From contig NC_008789.1 in NCBI RefSeq assembly GCF_000015585.1, positions 2,220,001-2,252,000 of the forward strand: a DNA stretch of 32,000 bases, written 5' to 3'. Position numbers and translations under genes: made by a program. Shown here one piece after another: positions 8,816 through 22,709 of this stretch (positions are counted from its first letter, which is position 1; the number at the start of each line of letters is the position of its first letter). A model generated the notes under the pieces. That model saw only the letters and a list, made by a program, of their open reading frames with translations. It ran no database searches and was not told where the DNA came from. Origin of the DNA: Halorhodospira halophila SL1. GTDB taxonomy: Bacteria > Pseudomonadota > Gammaproteobacteria > Nitrococcales > Halorhodospiraceae.

Positions 8816-10018
8816 TCAGGTTCGATACTCGGCGTTGATGCGGACGTACTCCGCCGTGAAGTCGCAGGTCCACACGGTGGCCGCTGCCGGCCCGCGGCCG
8901 AGCTCGATGCCGAGCCTCACCTCGGAGCCGGAGAGGTGCGCCGCGGCGGCCGCTTCGTCGTAGCCCGCCGCGGCGCCGCCGTGCTCGGCAACCACCTGAT
9001 CGCCGATGGTGAGCGCCACGGCATCAACGTCGAGGTCGTCCAGGCCGGCGCGCCCCACGGCGGCCAGGATCCGCCCCCAGTTGGGGTCGGCGGCGGCCAG
9101 CGCCGTCTTGACCAGCGGCGACTCCGCCACGGTGAACGCCACCCGCTCCGCCTCGGCGGTGTCCCGCGCCCCCTCGACGACCACATCCACCAGCCGCGTC
9201 GCCCCCTCCCCGTCGGCGGCGATGGCCCGCGCCAGGTCAATGCAGACCGCCTCGACGGCCGCCTGGAAGCGCTCGAAGTCGCCGCCGTGATCGGGCACCC
9301 GCGGGCCGCGACCGGTGGCGGCCAGCAGACAGGCGTCGTTGGTGGAGGTGTCGCCGTCCACCGTTACGCGGTTGAAGGAGCGCTCGGTGGCACGGCGCAG
9401 AGAGGCATCCAGGGCGGCGTCGGAGAGATCGGCGTCGGTGGCCACGAAGGCCAGCATGGTGGCCATGTCCGGGCGGATCATCCCCGCCCCCTTGGCGATC
9501 CCGGTCACCGTGCAGGTCCCGCCGGCGAGGTCGACCTGGTAGCTAGCGATCTTGTCGCGGGTGTCGGTGGTCTGGATCCCCGCCGCGGCGGCCTGCCAGC
9601 CGTTCTCGTCCAGCGCGTCCAGGGCCCCGGGGATCCCGGCGGTGACGCGCTCGACGGGGAGGGGCTCACCGATCACGCCGGTGGAGAAGGGCACCACCGC
9701 CTCGAGCACGCACCCGGCCTGATCAGCCAGGGCCTGGCAGCAGGCCAGGGCGTCGGCCTCGCCGCGCTCGCCGGTCCCGGCGTTGGCGAAGCCGGTATTG
9801 ACCAGCAGGTAACGCGGCGCGGTCGCAGCCAGGTGGCGCTCGGCGATGCGGACCGGAGCGGCGCGGAAGCGATTGCGGGTGAACACCCCCGCCGCGCGCC
9901 CTTCCGGGGGCAAGGCCATGACCACCAGATCAGGCCGCCCCGGCTTGCGGATGCCGGCACTCACGGTACCGAGCCGGAACCCCGGCACCGGATGGATCAC
10001 GGCTTCCTCGCCCGACAT
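8816..10018 (-). CDS. argJ: Bifunctional glutamate N-acetyltransferase / amino-acid acetyltransferase ArgJ (400 aa)
   Basis: The ATG at 10018 lies 1 nt after the secA stop. N-terminus PVPGFRLGTVSAGIRK; autoproteolysis/nucleophile motif GMIRPDMATMLAFVATDA; C-terminus YVRINAEYRT. The upstream extension of ORF 8816-10315 overlaps secA and is rejected. Confidence 0.92.
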   Translation of the reverse strand: MSGEEAVIHPVPGFRLGTVSAGIRKPGRPDLVVMALPPEGRAAGVFTRNRFRAAPVRIAERHLAATAPRYLLVNTGFANAGTGERGEADALACCQALADQAGCVLEAVVPFSTGVIGEPLPVERVTAGIPGALDALDENGWQAAAAGIQTTDTRDKIASYQVDLAGGTCTVTGIAKGAGMIRPDMATMLAFVATDADLSDAALDASLRRATERSFNRVTVDGDTSTNDACLLAATGRGPRVPDHGGDFERFQAAVEAVCIDLARAIAADGEGATRLVDVVVEGARDTAEAERVAFTVAESPLVKTALAAADPNWGRILAAVGRAGLDDLDVDAVALTIGDQVVAEHGGAAAGYDEAAAAAHLSGSEVRLGIELGRGPAAATVWTCDFTAEYVRINAEYRT

Positions 10019-10019
10019 C

Positions 10020-12821
<2,802 letters not shown>

Positions 12822-12969
12822 GGGCACTCATTACAGATTTCCGGCGAAGTCAAGTCCAACAGGATACAGATAATCGGCGCTGGAGGGTAAGGCGTCGGGC
12901 GCCGATCGGGCCTCGGGGGTGTCCAGCGGCCCCTTGCATCCGTACCCACGGGGCCGGAGACTGACCCGC

Positions 12970-13458
12970 ATGACCGACCCGAAACGCTTCAACCCGGCCC
13001 GGCCGCCGCGCCGCGAAGGCAAACTGCACCGGATCGCCCCGCGCCTGGCGCAGCGCCCCGGTCCGCTGCGCGCGGTTATCGACCACGCCCGCGGCCTGGA
13101 GCGGCTCAGCCGGCGGCTACAGCGCAACCTGCCGGCGGAGACACGCGGCCACTGGCGACTGGCCCGCCTGGACGAGGAAGAGATGGTGGTGATCGCCGAT
13201 GGCAGCGGCTGGGGGACGCGGCTCCGCTACCTATCGCGCCAGCTCCAGGATGCCGCGGAGGCGATCTCGGGGCAGCGGCCCCGCCGGGTGACCGTCCGCG
13301 TCACCCCGGCCTCATCGGCGCCGCGCAAACTCCAGGGCCCCGGCCCGCTCAGCGACCAGGCGTCGGAGACTCTGCGCCGGGCGGCAGCCACCAGCACCGA
13401 TCCGGCGCTGCGCGAGGCGCTGGAGCGGCTCGCCTCGCGCCGGCGCAGCGAGGATTAG
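12970..13458 (+). CDS. DUF721 / DciA-family protein (putative replicative helicase loader)
   Basis: Divergent from secA, as in many proteobacteria. The core LPAETRGHWRLARLDEEEMVVIADGSGWGTRLRYLSRQLQDAA...VTVRVTP matches my recollection of the DUF721 pattern. Start is ATG at 12970, or GTG at 12919. Confidence 0.55.
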   Translation: MTDPKRFNPARPPRREGKLHRIAPRLAQRPGPLRAVIDHARGLERLSRRLQRNLPAETRGHWRLARLDEEEMVVIADGSGWGTRLRYLSRQLQDAAEAISGQRPRRVTVRVTPASSAPRKLQGPGPLSDQASETLRRAAATSTDPALREALERLASRRRSED

Positions 13459-13841
13459 CGCTCGTCGCGATCCTCAAGGCCGCTGCGCAGGACGTGGGTC
13501 TCAGGGTCGTAGTGGTGGCGCAGCTCGTCCTTGATGGTCCCGTCCCACAGCGGCACGCCGACGAAGTACCCGGCCCGGCCGATCACGTGGGCGGCCACCG
13601 GAGCGGTGAGCACGATGAAGACAATGATCGCCACGGCCCGCGCGGTCACCGAGGCGTCGGCGAAGTGGACGGCCACCCCGGCGATGATCAGCGCCGCGCC
13701 CAGGGCACCCGCCTTGGTGGTGGCGTGCATCCGGGTGAGCAGATCCGGCAGACGGTAGAGCCCCACCGCGGCGATGAGCATCAACCCGCCGCCGAGCAGC
13801 AGCAGGACCGAGGCGATCAGCTCCTGCAGGAAATCAGTCAT
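13455..13841 (-). CDS. mnhG: Na+/H+ antiporter subunit G (Mrp/Mnh/Pha)
   Basis: The ATG at 13841 overlaps the mnhF stop by 8 nt. Motif: LYRLPDLLTRMHATTKAGALGAALI. The longer ORF-track start at 13961 lies inside mnhF. Confidence 0.85.
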   Translation of the reverse strand: MTDFLQELIASVLLLLGGGLMLIAAVGLYRLPDLLTRMHATTKAGALGAALIIAGVAVHFADASVTARAVAIIVFIVLTAPVAAHVIGRAGYFVGVPLWDGTIKDELRHHYDPETHVLRSGLEDRDER

Positions 13842-14106
13842 CCCGCGGCCCCCCTTTCTCCAGATAGCGGGCGAACCCCACGGCGGCCATGAAGGCGAGC
13901 AGCGCCAGGACGATCGCCACGTCGATGAAATCATCGACCCCGGTGTGGATCGCGTAGGCACCGATGAACCCGACCAGGATCGAGGCGATCAGCTCCAGGG
14001 CCACCACCCGATTGGGCAGCATCGGACCCTTGGCCAGGCGCACGAAGGCCAGCACCAGCGACGCCGAGAGCATGGCAAAGACGAGGGTTACGGCAATCCC
14101 CAGCAT
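13834..14106 (-). CDS. mnhF: Na+/H+ antiporter subunit F
   Basis: 90-aa, three-TM protein with LAKGPMLPNRVVALELI. ATGA overlap with the mnhE stop. Confidence 0.85.
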   Translation of the reverse strand: MLGIAVTLVFAMLSASLVLAFVRLAKGPMLPNRVVALELIASILVGFIGAYAIHTGVDDFIDVAIVLALLAFMAAVGFARYLEKGGPRDD

Positions 14107-14579
14107 CAGCGCATCACCTCCAGCACCCGGCGCTCCAGCTCCTTGACCTCATCCAGCAGTGCCTCCTCGCTGTCGATGTACATGGCGTGGATGTAGAGCA
14201 CCCGGCGGTCGGTGGAGACATCCAGCGACAGCGTCCCCGGGGTCAGACTGATCAGGTTGGCGACGACGGTGATCTCGCCATCGGTACGGGCGTCGAGCGG
14301 CACGCCGATCACGCCCGGGCGCATGCCCCACTCCGGGGTGACGACATCGTAGGCCACCCGGGCATTCGCCTTGACCAGCTCCCAGATGTAGAAGAAGACG
14401 AAGCGGATGAACCGCGGCACTCGCTGGCCGTAGCCGGCGAGCGCCGGCAGCTGGTTCTGCATGACGGCGATCGCGCCATAGCCGAGCAGGAAGCCGAACA
14501 GGGCGTTGACCGCACTGAAGTTGGCGGTCAGCACCACCCAGACCATGGCCAGGACGACGTTCCAGGCGAATGGGATCAC
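14106..14579 (-). CDS. mnhE: Na+/H+ antiporter subunit E
   Basis: GTG start in a GTGA overlap with the mnhD stop. Position and size (157 aa) are typical of MnhE, and it contains ITLTPGTLS-like LISLTPGTLSLDVS. Confidence 0.8.
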   Translation of the reverse strand: MIPFAWNVVLAMVWVVLTANFSAVNALFGFLLGYGAIAVMQNQLPALAGYGQRVPRFIRFVFFYIWELVKANARVAYDVVTPEWGMRPGVIGVPLDARTDGEITVVANLISLTPGTLSLDVSTDRRVLYIHAMYIDSEEALLDEVKELERRVLEVMR

Positions 14580-16090
14580 GGCGCACCCTCCTCCAGCACG
14601 GCGTCGATGTAGACCTGCGGGTCAAGCAGCTGCTCGGCGGAGGCCTCGGCCAGCTCGTAGAGCGGCTGGGCGTAGAGACCGATGAACAGGGTCAGCACAG
14701 CCAGCCCGGCGATGGGCAGGTACATGGCCCACAGCCCCGGGTCGCGCTTCTCGCCGGTCAGGACCGAAGTATCCTGCACATGCTCCGGCACCCCGTGCCA
14801 GAACGCCTCCTGCCAGATCTTGGTCATCGAGTAGAGCGTCAGCAGACCCGTGAGCAGGGCCACGAAGGTGATCCCCCAGGAGGCCTGCTCGACGGCGGCC
14901 CAGATGACGATCAGCTTGGCGATGAACCCGGACAGCGGCGGCAGACCGGCCAGGGAGAGCGCCGGCACGGCGAAGAGCAGGGCCAGGAACGGCCGGTGCT
15001 TGTACAGCCCGCCCAGATCGCGTAGCTCGTAGCTGCCCAGCATGCGGTAGGCCACGCCGGCGACCAGGAACAGGTTGGTCTTCACGATGATGTGGTGGGC
15101 GATGTAGAAGACACCACCGACCAGGGCCAGGGGCGTGAACAGCGCCAGGCCCATGATCATGTAGCCGATCTGGCTGATGATGTGGAACGACAGGATGCGG
15201 CGGATCTCGTAGTGGTACGCCGCACCCAGCACGCCGGTGATCATGGTGAAGCCGGCCGCCCAGAGCAGGATCTCGTGGGTGAACGCCACGTCCTGGGTGA
15301 AGATCAGCGTGAACACCCGGTACAGGGCGTAGACACCCACCTTGGTCAGCAGACCGGCGAACAGCGCCGAGATGGCGATCGGCGGGGTGTGGTAACTCGC
15401 CGGCAGCCAGAAGAAGAGCGGGAAGGCGCCGGCCTTGATGCCGAACGAGACCATGTACATGGCCGCCAGCACCGTCACCAGGCCGGGCTGATCCACCTCG
15501 GCGAGCTTCACCGCCATGTCGGCCATGTTCAGCGTACCGACCAGGCCGTAGGTGATGCCCACCGCCGAGAGGAAGATCATCGAGGAGAGCAGGTTGAGGG
15601 TGACGTACTTGATCGCCCCCTCCATCTGCGCCCGCTCGCCGCCGAGGATCAGCAGGGCGAACGAGGCGACCAGCATCACCTCGAACCAGACGTAGAGGTT
15701 GAAGACGTCGCCGGTCAGGAAGGCGCCGGCGACACCGGCCAGCAGCAGGTGCAGCAACGGCCAGTGGCCGTAGTGCTCGTGCCCGCGCGGCGTGGTGGCC
15801 GTCGAATAGACGGCGGTGGCGAAACCCATGATGCCGGTGAGCACCGCCATGATGGCGCCGAGCAGATCGGCGACTAGGGTGATGCCGAAGGGCGCCTTCC
15901 AGTCGCCCATGTGCATCACCACCACACCCTCGTGCCAGACCGTGTGCAGCAGCCACAGGGTGCTGACCAGCAGCGCGCCGGTGCCGAGCACCCCGAGCCA
16001 ACGCTGCACGGTCAGGTGGCGGTGGGCCGCCAGCGAGACGGCGCCCAGCAGCAGGGGCAGCAGTACCGGTATGGCGACTTGCAGACTCAC
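14576..16090 (-). CDS. mnhD: Na+/H+ antiporter subunit D (NuoM/ND4-like)
   Basis: 504-aa polytopic protein with proton-pump-subunit motifs ([28 protein letters not shown]). GTGA overlap with the mnhC stop. Confidence 0.9.
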   Translation of the reverse strand: MSLQVAIPVLLPLLLGAVSLAAHRHLTVQRWLGVLGTGALLVSTLWLLHTVWHEGVVVMHMGDWKAPFGITLVADLLGAIMAVLTGIMGFATAVYSTATTPRGHEHYGHWPLLHLLLAGVAGAFLTGDVFNLYVWFEVMLVASFALLILGGERAQMEGAIKYVTLNLLSSMIFLSAVGITYGLVGTLNMADMAVKLAEVDQPGLVTVLAAMYMVSFGIKAGAFPLFFWLPASYHTPPIAISALFAGLLTKVGVYALYRVFTLIFTQDVAFTHEILLWAAGFTMITGVLGAAYHYEIRRILSFHIISQIGYMIMGLALFTPLALVGGVFYIAHHIIVKTNLFLVAGVAYRMLGSYELRDLGGLYKHRPFLALLFAVPALSLAGLPPLSGFIAKLIVIWAAVEQASWGITFVALLTGLLTLYSMTKIWQEAFWHGVPEHVQDTSVLTGEKRDPGLWAMYLPIAGLAVLTLFIGLYAQPLYELAEASAEQLLDPQVYIDAVLEEGAP

Positions 16091-16434
16091 GTGTCCGTAT
16101 CCTTCATCTGATCCAGGTCATCGGCCTGCACCACCTGATACGCCTTGTTGATCAGGACCAGCGCAAAGGCCAGTACGCCGAAGGCGATCACGATGGCGGT
16201 GAGGATGAGGGCCATGGGCAGCGGATCACCCACTGTGCCCACCGGCCCGTCGGCGCCCTCGGGGATCAGCGGCGGCGCCCCCCGCGTCATCCCCGCGGCG
16301 GTGAAGAAGAGCAGGTTCGCCGCGTTGGAGAGCAGGATCAGGCCGATCACCAGCTTGACGATGGAACGGCGCAGCATCATGTAGATGGCGGCGGCGAACA
16401 TGATGCCCACCAGGACGGCCATTAACGGTTCCAT
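16087..16434 (-). CDS. mnhC: Na+/H+ antiporter subunit C (NuoK-like)
   Basis: 115-aa, three-TM protein with [23 protein letters not shown] and [14 protein letters not shown]. Confidence 0.88.
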   Translation of the reverse strand: MEPLMAVLVGIMFAAAIYMMLRRSIVKLVIGLILLSNAANLLFFTAAGMTRGAPPLIPEGADGPVGTVGDPLPMALILTAIVIAFGVLAFALVLINKAYQVVQADDLDQMKDTDT

Positions 16435-16438
16435 AGCC

Positions 16439-16863
16439 TTACTCCTCCGCCTCCGCCAGGCTCACCACGATGGCCAGCACCGAGCCGAGCACGGTGAGGT
16501 AGACCCCGACGTCGAAGATCAGCGGCGTGTTGATGCTCACCTCACCGATCAGCGGGATCTGCGGATACCACCACAGGGCCTTGAAGAAGGGCTCGCCGAT
16601 GAAGATCGGCGGTACGGCGGCCAGGGTGCCGATGACCAGGCCGACGCCGGCGATGGTCCGGGCATCCACCCGCAGGACCTGCTGCGTGGCCGGTACACCG
16701 AAGGCGAACAGATAGAGGATGAACGCCGAAGAAGCCACCAACCCGGCGATGAAGCCGCCGCCGGGCAGGTCGTGGCCACGCAGCAGCATGAAGATGGAGA
16801 ACAGCAGCTGCAGCGGCAGCAGCACCCGCGCCATGGTCGAGAGGATGAGGGATCCGGGCTGGA

Positions 16864-16867
<4 letters not shown>
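16439..16867 (-). CDS. mnhB: Na+/H+ antiporter subunit B
   Basis: 142 aa with the MnhB signature [21 protein letters not shown] overlap with the mnhA stop. Confidence 0.85.
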
Positions 16868-19182
<2,315 letters not shown>

Positions 19183-19227
19183 GCGAGGCCGATCTCCTGA
19201 CGGTCTCGTCGGCAGACAACGGCAGTG

Positions 19228-19341
19228 GAAGATACCGGATGATCCGGGGGCTGACAAGTTGGCGCAGCGCAAAACAAGAAAGCCAGGAGGGCGCTAAGTC
19301 CCTGAACCACCTTCTCCCGCGGCCCGGTAACCGGTATCTTC
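19228..19341. repeat. 11-bp perfect inverted repeat (GAAGATACCGG ... CCGGTATCTTC) with adjacent CCGG palindromes in the divergent mnhA / DUF1631 intergenic region
   Basis: Arms at 19228-19238 and 19331-19341. Local palindromes are CCGGAT-G-ATCCGG at 19235-19247 and CCGGT-A-ACCGG at 19324-19334. All were read directly from the sequence. Confidence 0.85.
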
Positions 19342-19347
19342 TCGGCC

Positions 19348-20769
19348 ATGAGCGAAGCCGATATGAGCGAGCACGCCCCGGACAACGTGGTCTATCTGGC
19401 CCGCACCGAGCGCGGTCAGGGCCGGGCCATACCCGGCCGTGTCGAGCGGTTGCGCCGGCACATCGAGGGCCGCCTGGTGGGCACCCTGCGCCAGGGGCTC
19501 GAGGAAGCCCAGGAGCAGCTGCACCAACGGGCCAACCGCGGTGACGACGAGGCCGACACCTACCGGCGCGACATGCAGATGGTTCGCCTGCACCGCCACG
19601 ACATGGAGGAAGTGCTGCGCGCCGGACTGGAGTACCGCTTCGCCGGCCTGATCGACCCCGCATCCGTCGATCCGCCGCCGCTGCCCGCCGACGGCACCCC
19701 GGCGGCGCGCACCCTGGCCCACCTGCGCAGCCGCACCCGCACGACCACCGAGCCGGCCACCCGTGCCCTCGACGCGGCCATCCCCCGGGTGCGCGTGGGC
19801 GAGCCGCTCAACCCCCTGGCCCCGGCACCGATGGCCGACCTGCTCCTGCGCGTCCAGCAGCGTCCGCCCCTCTCCGAGCCAGCCCGGGAGCTGGTGCTCG
19901 ACGCCCTGGGCCGCGCCGTGGGGCGCGTCCTGCCCGACCTCCACCGCGAGGCGGTGACCCAGCTCACCGGGGAAGGCCCTGCGGCAGCCCCCGGGGCGCC
20001 GGCGAGCACCACCTTCGAGGAGGAGGCCCGCCACGCCGCCCGGGCCGTGCGCAGCCGCGACCGGGTCGAGGCGGCGCGCCAGCGGGTGGGCGAGGAGATC
20101 GAGCGCTGCCTGGAGGGGCGCCGACCACCGGGGCTCATCGAGCAGCTGATCCGCGACGCCTGGGCCCGCCTGCTGCTGCTCGTCCACCTGGGCGACGGCC
20201 CCGACTCCGAGAACTGGGTCCGCCACTGCGCCGTCATGGAGCGCCTGGTCTGGAGCGTCGACACCCCGCCCGACGAGACCTCCCGGCGGCGGCTGGTGCT
20301 GGAGATCCCGCTGCTCCTTCACGAGGTGGCCGACGGCTTGCGCCAGGTCCTCCACGACCCCTTCGAGGTCAGCAAGCTACTGCGCGCCCTGGAGGCCGAG
20401 TACCTGCGCTGCCTGACCCGCAACGACCCGAACCTGGCCCGGTTCAGCGCCAACGACGACAGCGCCGCGGCCACCCACCGGGAGGGCGATGTACGTCGGG
20501 TGGCCGCCCTGCCCGAGGGAACCTGGATGGAGATCCTGGGCGCGCAGGGCGAACGCCTGCGCGCCCGGCTGGCCGGACACGCCCCGGATGGCCGGCTGAT
20601 CTTCGCCAACCGGGCCGGCTTCAAGGTGCTCGAGCGCAGCACCGAGGAGCTGGCCGCCGCCGTGGCCAACGGTCAGGCCAAGCTGCTCGACGACCACGAG
20701 CTGCTCAACGACGGGCTCTCCCGGGTCATCCGCCGGCTGGTCGAACGGCGCGCGGGGCACGGCGAATGA
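19348..20769 (+). CDS. DUF1631-like protein of unknown function (473 aa, shorter than the roughly 700-aa members I recall)
   Basis: Segments resemble the DUF1631 pattern as I remember it: IRDAWARLLLLVHLGDGPDSENWVRHCAVMERLVWSV, EIPLLLHEVADGLRQV, and C-terminal GTWMEILGAQGERLRARLAGHAPDGRLIFANRAGFKVLERSTEELAAAVANGQAKLL. There is no obvious SD, and an alternative ATG lies at 19363. Confidence 0.55.
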   Translation: MSEADMSEHAPDNVVYLARTERGQGRAIPGRVERLRRHIEGRLVGTLRQGLEEAQEQLHQRANRGDDEADTYRRDMQMVRLHRHDMEEVLRAGLEYRFAGLIDPASVDPPPLPADGTPAARTLAHLRSRTRTTTEPATRALDAAIPRVRVGEPLNPLAPAPMADLLLRVQQRPPLSEPARELVLDALGRAVGRVLPDLHREAVTQLTGEGPAAAPGAPASTTFEEEARHAARAVRSRDRVEAARQRVGEEIERCLEGRRPPGLIEQLIRDAWARLLLLVHLGDGPDSENWVRHCAVMERLVWSVDTPPDETSRRRLVLEIPLLLHEVADGLRQVLHDPFEVSKLLRALEAEYLRCLTRNDPNLARFSANDDSAAATHREGDVRRVAALPEGTWMEILGAQGERLRARLAGHAPDGRLIFANRAGFKVLERSTEELAAAVANGQAKLLDDHELLNDGLSRVIRRLVERRAGHGE

Positions 20770-21533
20770 CCGCAGCCCGCAGCGCACGTGCGGCCCTGAT
20801 CCTCGCCGCCGCCCTGCTCCACCTGCTCCTCGGCGGGGTCTGGGTGATCCTGGCCAGCATGCTGTCGCAGCGGCTCGGCCGCCGCGCGGCGGCCCTGTGG
20901 AACCGCATCCTCATGGCGCTGATGGGCGTCCGCCTCCACCGCCGCGGTGATCCGCAACGCGGCGCCCTGCTGGTGGCCAACCACCTCTCCTGGCTGGACA
21001 TCGTCGCCCTCTTCGCCGTAGTGCCGGACACCTTCCTGAGCAAGGCGGAGCTGCGCGACTGGCCGATCGTCGGCCGCGTGGCCCGCAACCTGGGCACCCT
21101 CTTCATCGGCCGGGGCCACAGCGGAGCAGCGCAGCGGGCCGCCCGGCAGATGGCCGAGCGCCTGCGCCGGGGCGACGCCGTGGTCTTCTTCCCGGAGGGG
21201 CGGATCAGCACCGAGTTCGGCGTGCAGCCGTTCCGTCCGCGCCTGTTCAGCGCCGCCCACGAGGCCGACGCCGCCGTGCAGCCGGTGGCCATCGGCTACC
21301 GCCCCCGCCACCGGGGCGACGACTTGGGGGAGCTGGTCCCCGAGCGGCGCCTGATGGACAGCGCCTGGTGGGCGGCGGGACACGGGGTGGAGGTGCACAT
21401 CCACTTCCTGGATCCGATCCCGGCCGGAGACCGGAGCCGCCGGCAGCTGGCCGATGAGGCGCGCCGGCAGATCGCCTCCACGGCAGGGCTGCCGCTGCTC
21501 GGGCGCGCGCCCACCAATGGGGACAGCGGCTAG
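20766..21533 (+). CDS. 1-acyl-sn-glycerol-3-phosphate / lysophospholipid acyltransferase family protein (PlsC-like)
   Basis: ATGA overlap with the upstream stop. N-terminal TM segment; HX4D motif VANHLSWLDI; FFPEGRIS motif; VQPVAIGY. Confidence 0.85.
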   Translation: MTAARSARAALILAAALLHLLLGGVWVILASMLSQRLGRRAAALWNRILMALMGVRLHRRGDPQRGALLVANHLSWLDIVALFAVVPDTFLSKAELRDWPIVGRVARNLGTLFIGRGHSGAAQRAARQMAERLRRGDAVVFFPEGRISTEFGVQPFRPRLFSAAHEADAAVQPVAIGYRPRHRGDDLGELVPERRLMDSAWWAAGHGVEVHIHFLDPIPAGDRSRRQLADEARRQIASTAGLPLLGRAPTNGDSG

Positions 21534-21552
21534 CCCGCCGATCGAGGTCTTC

Positions 21553-21598
21553 GCCCGGGCGCGCTCCTTTCTGCCCGGGCGGGGTGATCGCCCCGCGG
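21553..21598. terminator. Possible bidirectional terminator region between the convergent acyltransferase and porin genes
   Basis: The palindromic octamer GCCCGGGC occurs twice (21553-21560, 21573-21580) and can form an 8-bp stem around the loop gcgctcctttct. It is followed by the CGGGG-tgatcg-CCCCG hairpin. There is no clean U-tract. Confidence 0.3.
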
Positions 21599-21604
21599 CA
21601 GGGC

Positions 21605-22687
21605 CTAGAAGTCGAAACGGATACCGGAACCCACCGCCCAGGCCGATCGGCCGGTGCCGATCCCGGCCTCCTCGGCGCTGGGTCCGGCGGTCCGCCCCAC
21701 CTCCCAGGGGACCAGGTCCGAGGCGTCGTCATTGCCCAGGTAGGTGGCGGTGGCGTAGAGGCGCAGTCGCTCACTGGCGTGGAAGACCGGACCGACGGAG
21801 ACCAGGCTGGCCCCGTGACCGGAGGCGTCCACATCCAGGGTGTAGTACTGCAGGCGCAGATCCAGGTCGTCTTCCAGGGCGTAGAGGAGCCCGGCGCCGT
21901 AGGCGAGTGTGTCGCTGTAGGTGTCGTCGTCGAGTTCGTAGGCGTCGCCGGTCGCCTGCACCAGGGCGGTCAGGCGCAGGGCGTCGGTGGCCCGCCACTC
22001 CAGCCCCAGACGGTAGGCGTCGGCGCTGCTCGGCGCCTCGTCGCGACCCGCCACCCGCTCGTAGCCCAGCGCCGCCCAGAAGCGTTCGCCGGTGTAGCGC
22101 AGGGCGGTGCTGATCGCCGTGCGGTCGTTGCCGTCCGCCGGGTAGGGATCATCGCTCTCGTCACGATCTTCCCAATCGAAGCTGCCCTGGAGGTCGACGC
22201 CCCAGCCGGACTGCTCCGGCGAGCTGTAGCGGATCGCATTGGGGAAGCGCTGATCGAAGTGCGGCGAGTGGCCGGCGCGCACGACGTTGCGGGCGTTGCC
22301 CAGCTGGCTGCCGAAGAGGTCCACGCGGCTGCGGATCTCCTTCATCGGCGTATCCATGTAGCCCAGGCGCAGCACCCCCCAGTCGTCGGTCAGCCCTAGG
22401 TAGGCGTCCCGCGCGCCCAGATCCGCCCCGTCGCCGCGGTTGTAGTCCAGGGCGCGCTCGACACGGCCGTAGACCGTCAGCCCGGTGTCCAGAGTGTGGG
22501 CCACGCGGAGCCCCAGGCGCGAGGAGTTGCTGGCCAGGTCGCCGGCGGAGTAACTGCCGCCGGCGTAGTACTCGGCGCTGACGTCGACGCGGCCGTAGAC
22601 GTCCCAATCGATCTCGGCGGCCGCCGGGGCCGCGACGGCGCACAGGGTCACGGCCAACGGAGCCAGGCGCCTCCAGGATTGCCTCAT
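21605..22687 (-). CDS. Gram-negative general porin family outer-membrane protein (360 aa)
   Basis: Signal peptide MRQSWRRLAPLAVTLCAVAAPAAA|E; alternating beta-strand pattern; Tyr/Gly/Asp-rich; C-terminal GSGIRFDF with terminal Phe. The start lies 22 nt after the lgt stop. Confidence 0.8.
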   Translation of the reverse strand: MRQSWRRLAPLAVTLCAVAAPAAAEIDWDVYGRVDVSAEYYAGGSYSAGDLASNSSRLGLRVAHTLDTGLTVYGRVERALDYNRGDGADLGARDAYLGLTDDWGVLRLGYMDTPMKEIRSRVDLFGSQLGNARNVVRAGHSPHFDQRFPNAIRYSSPEQSGWGVDLQGSFDWEDRDESDDPYPADGNDRTAISTALRYTGERFWAALGYERVAGRDEAPSSADAYRLGLEWRATDALRLTALVQATGDAYELDDDTYSDTLAYGAGLLYALEDDLDLRLQYYTLDVDASGHGASLVSVGPVFHASERLRLYATATYLGNDDASDLVPWEVGRTAGPSAEEAGIGTGRSAWAVGSGIRFDF

Positions 22688-22709
22688 GGGGACCTCTCTC
22701 TCACCAGGG

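Noticed and set aside
21247-22643. Arg/Pro-rich ORFs 21247-21834, 21454-22113, 21584-22399 and 22161-22643
   Set aside because: They overlap the acyltransferase 3' end and the porin gene in other frames or on the other strand. The porin frame has a signal peptide, a beta-strand pattern and a terminal Phe, and the alternatives have no features.
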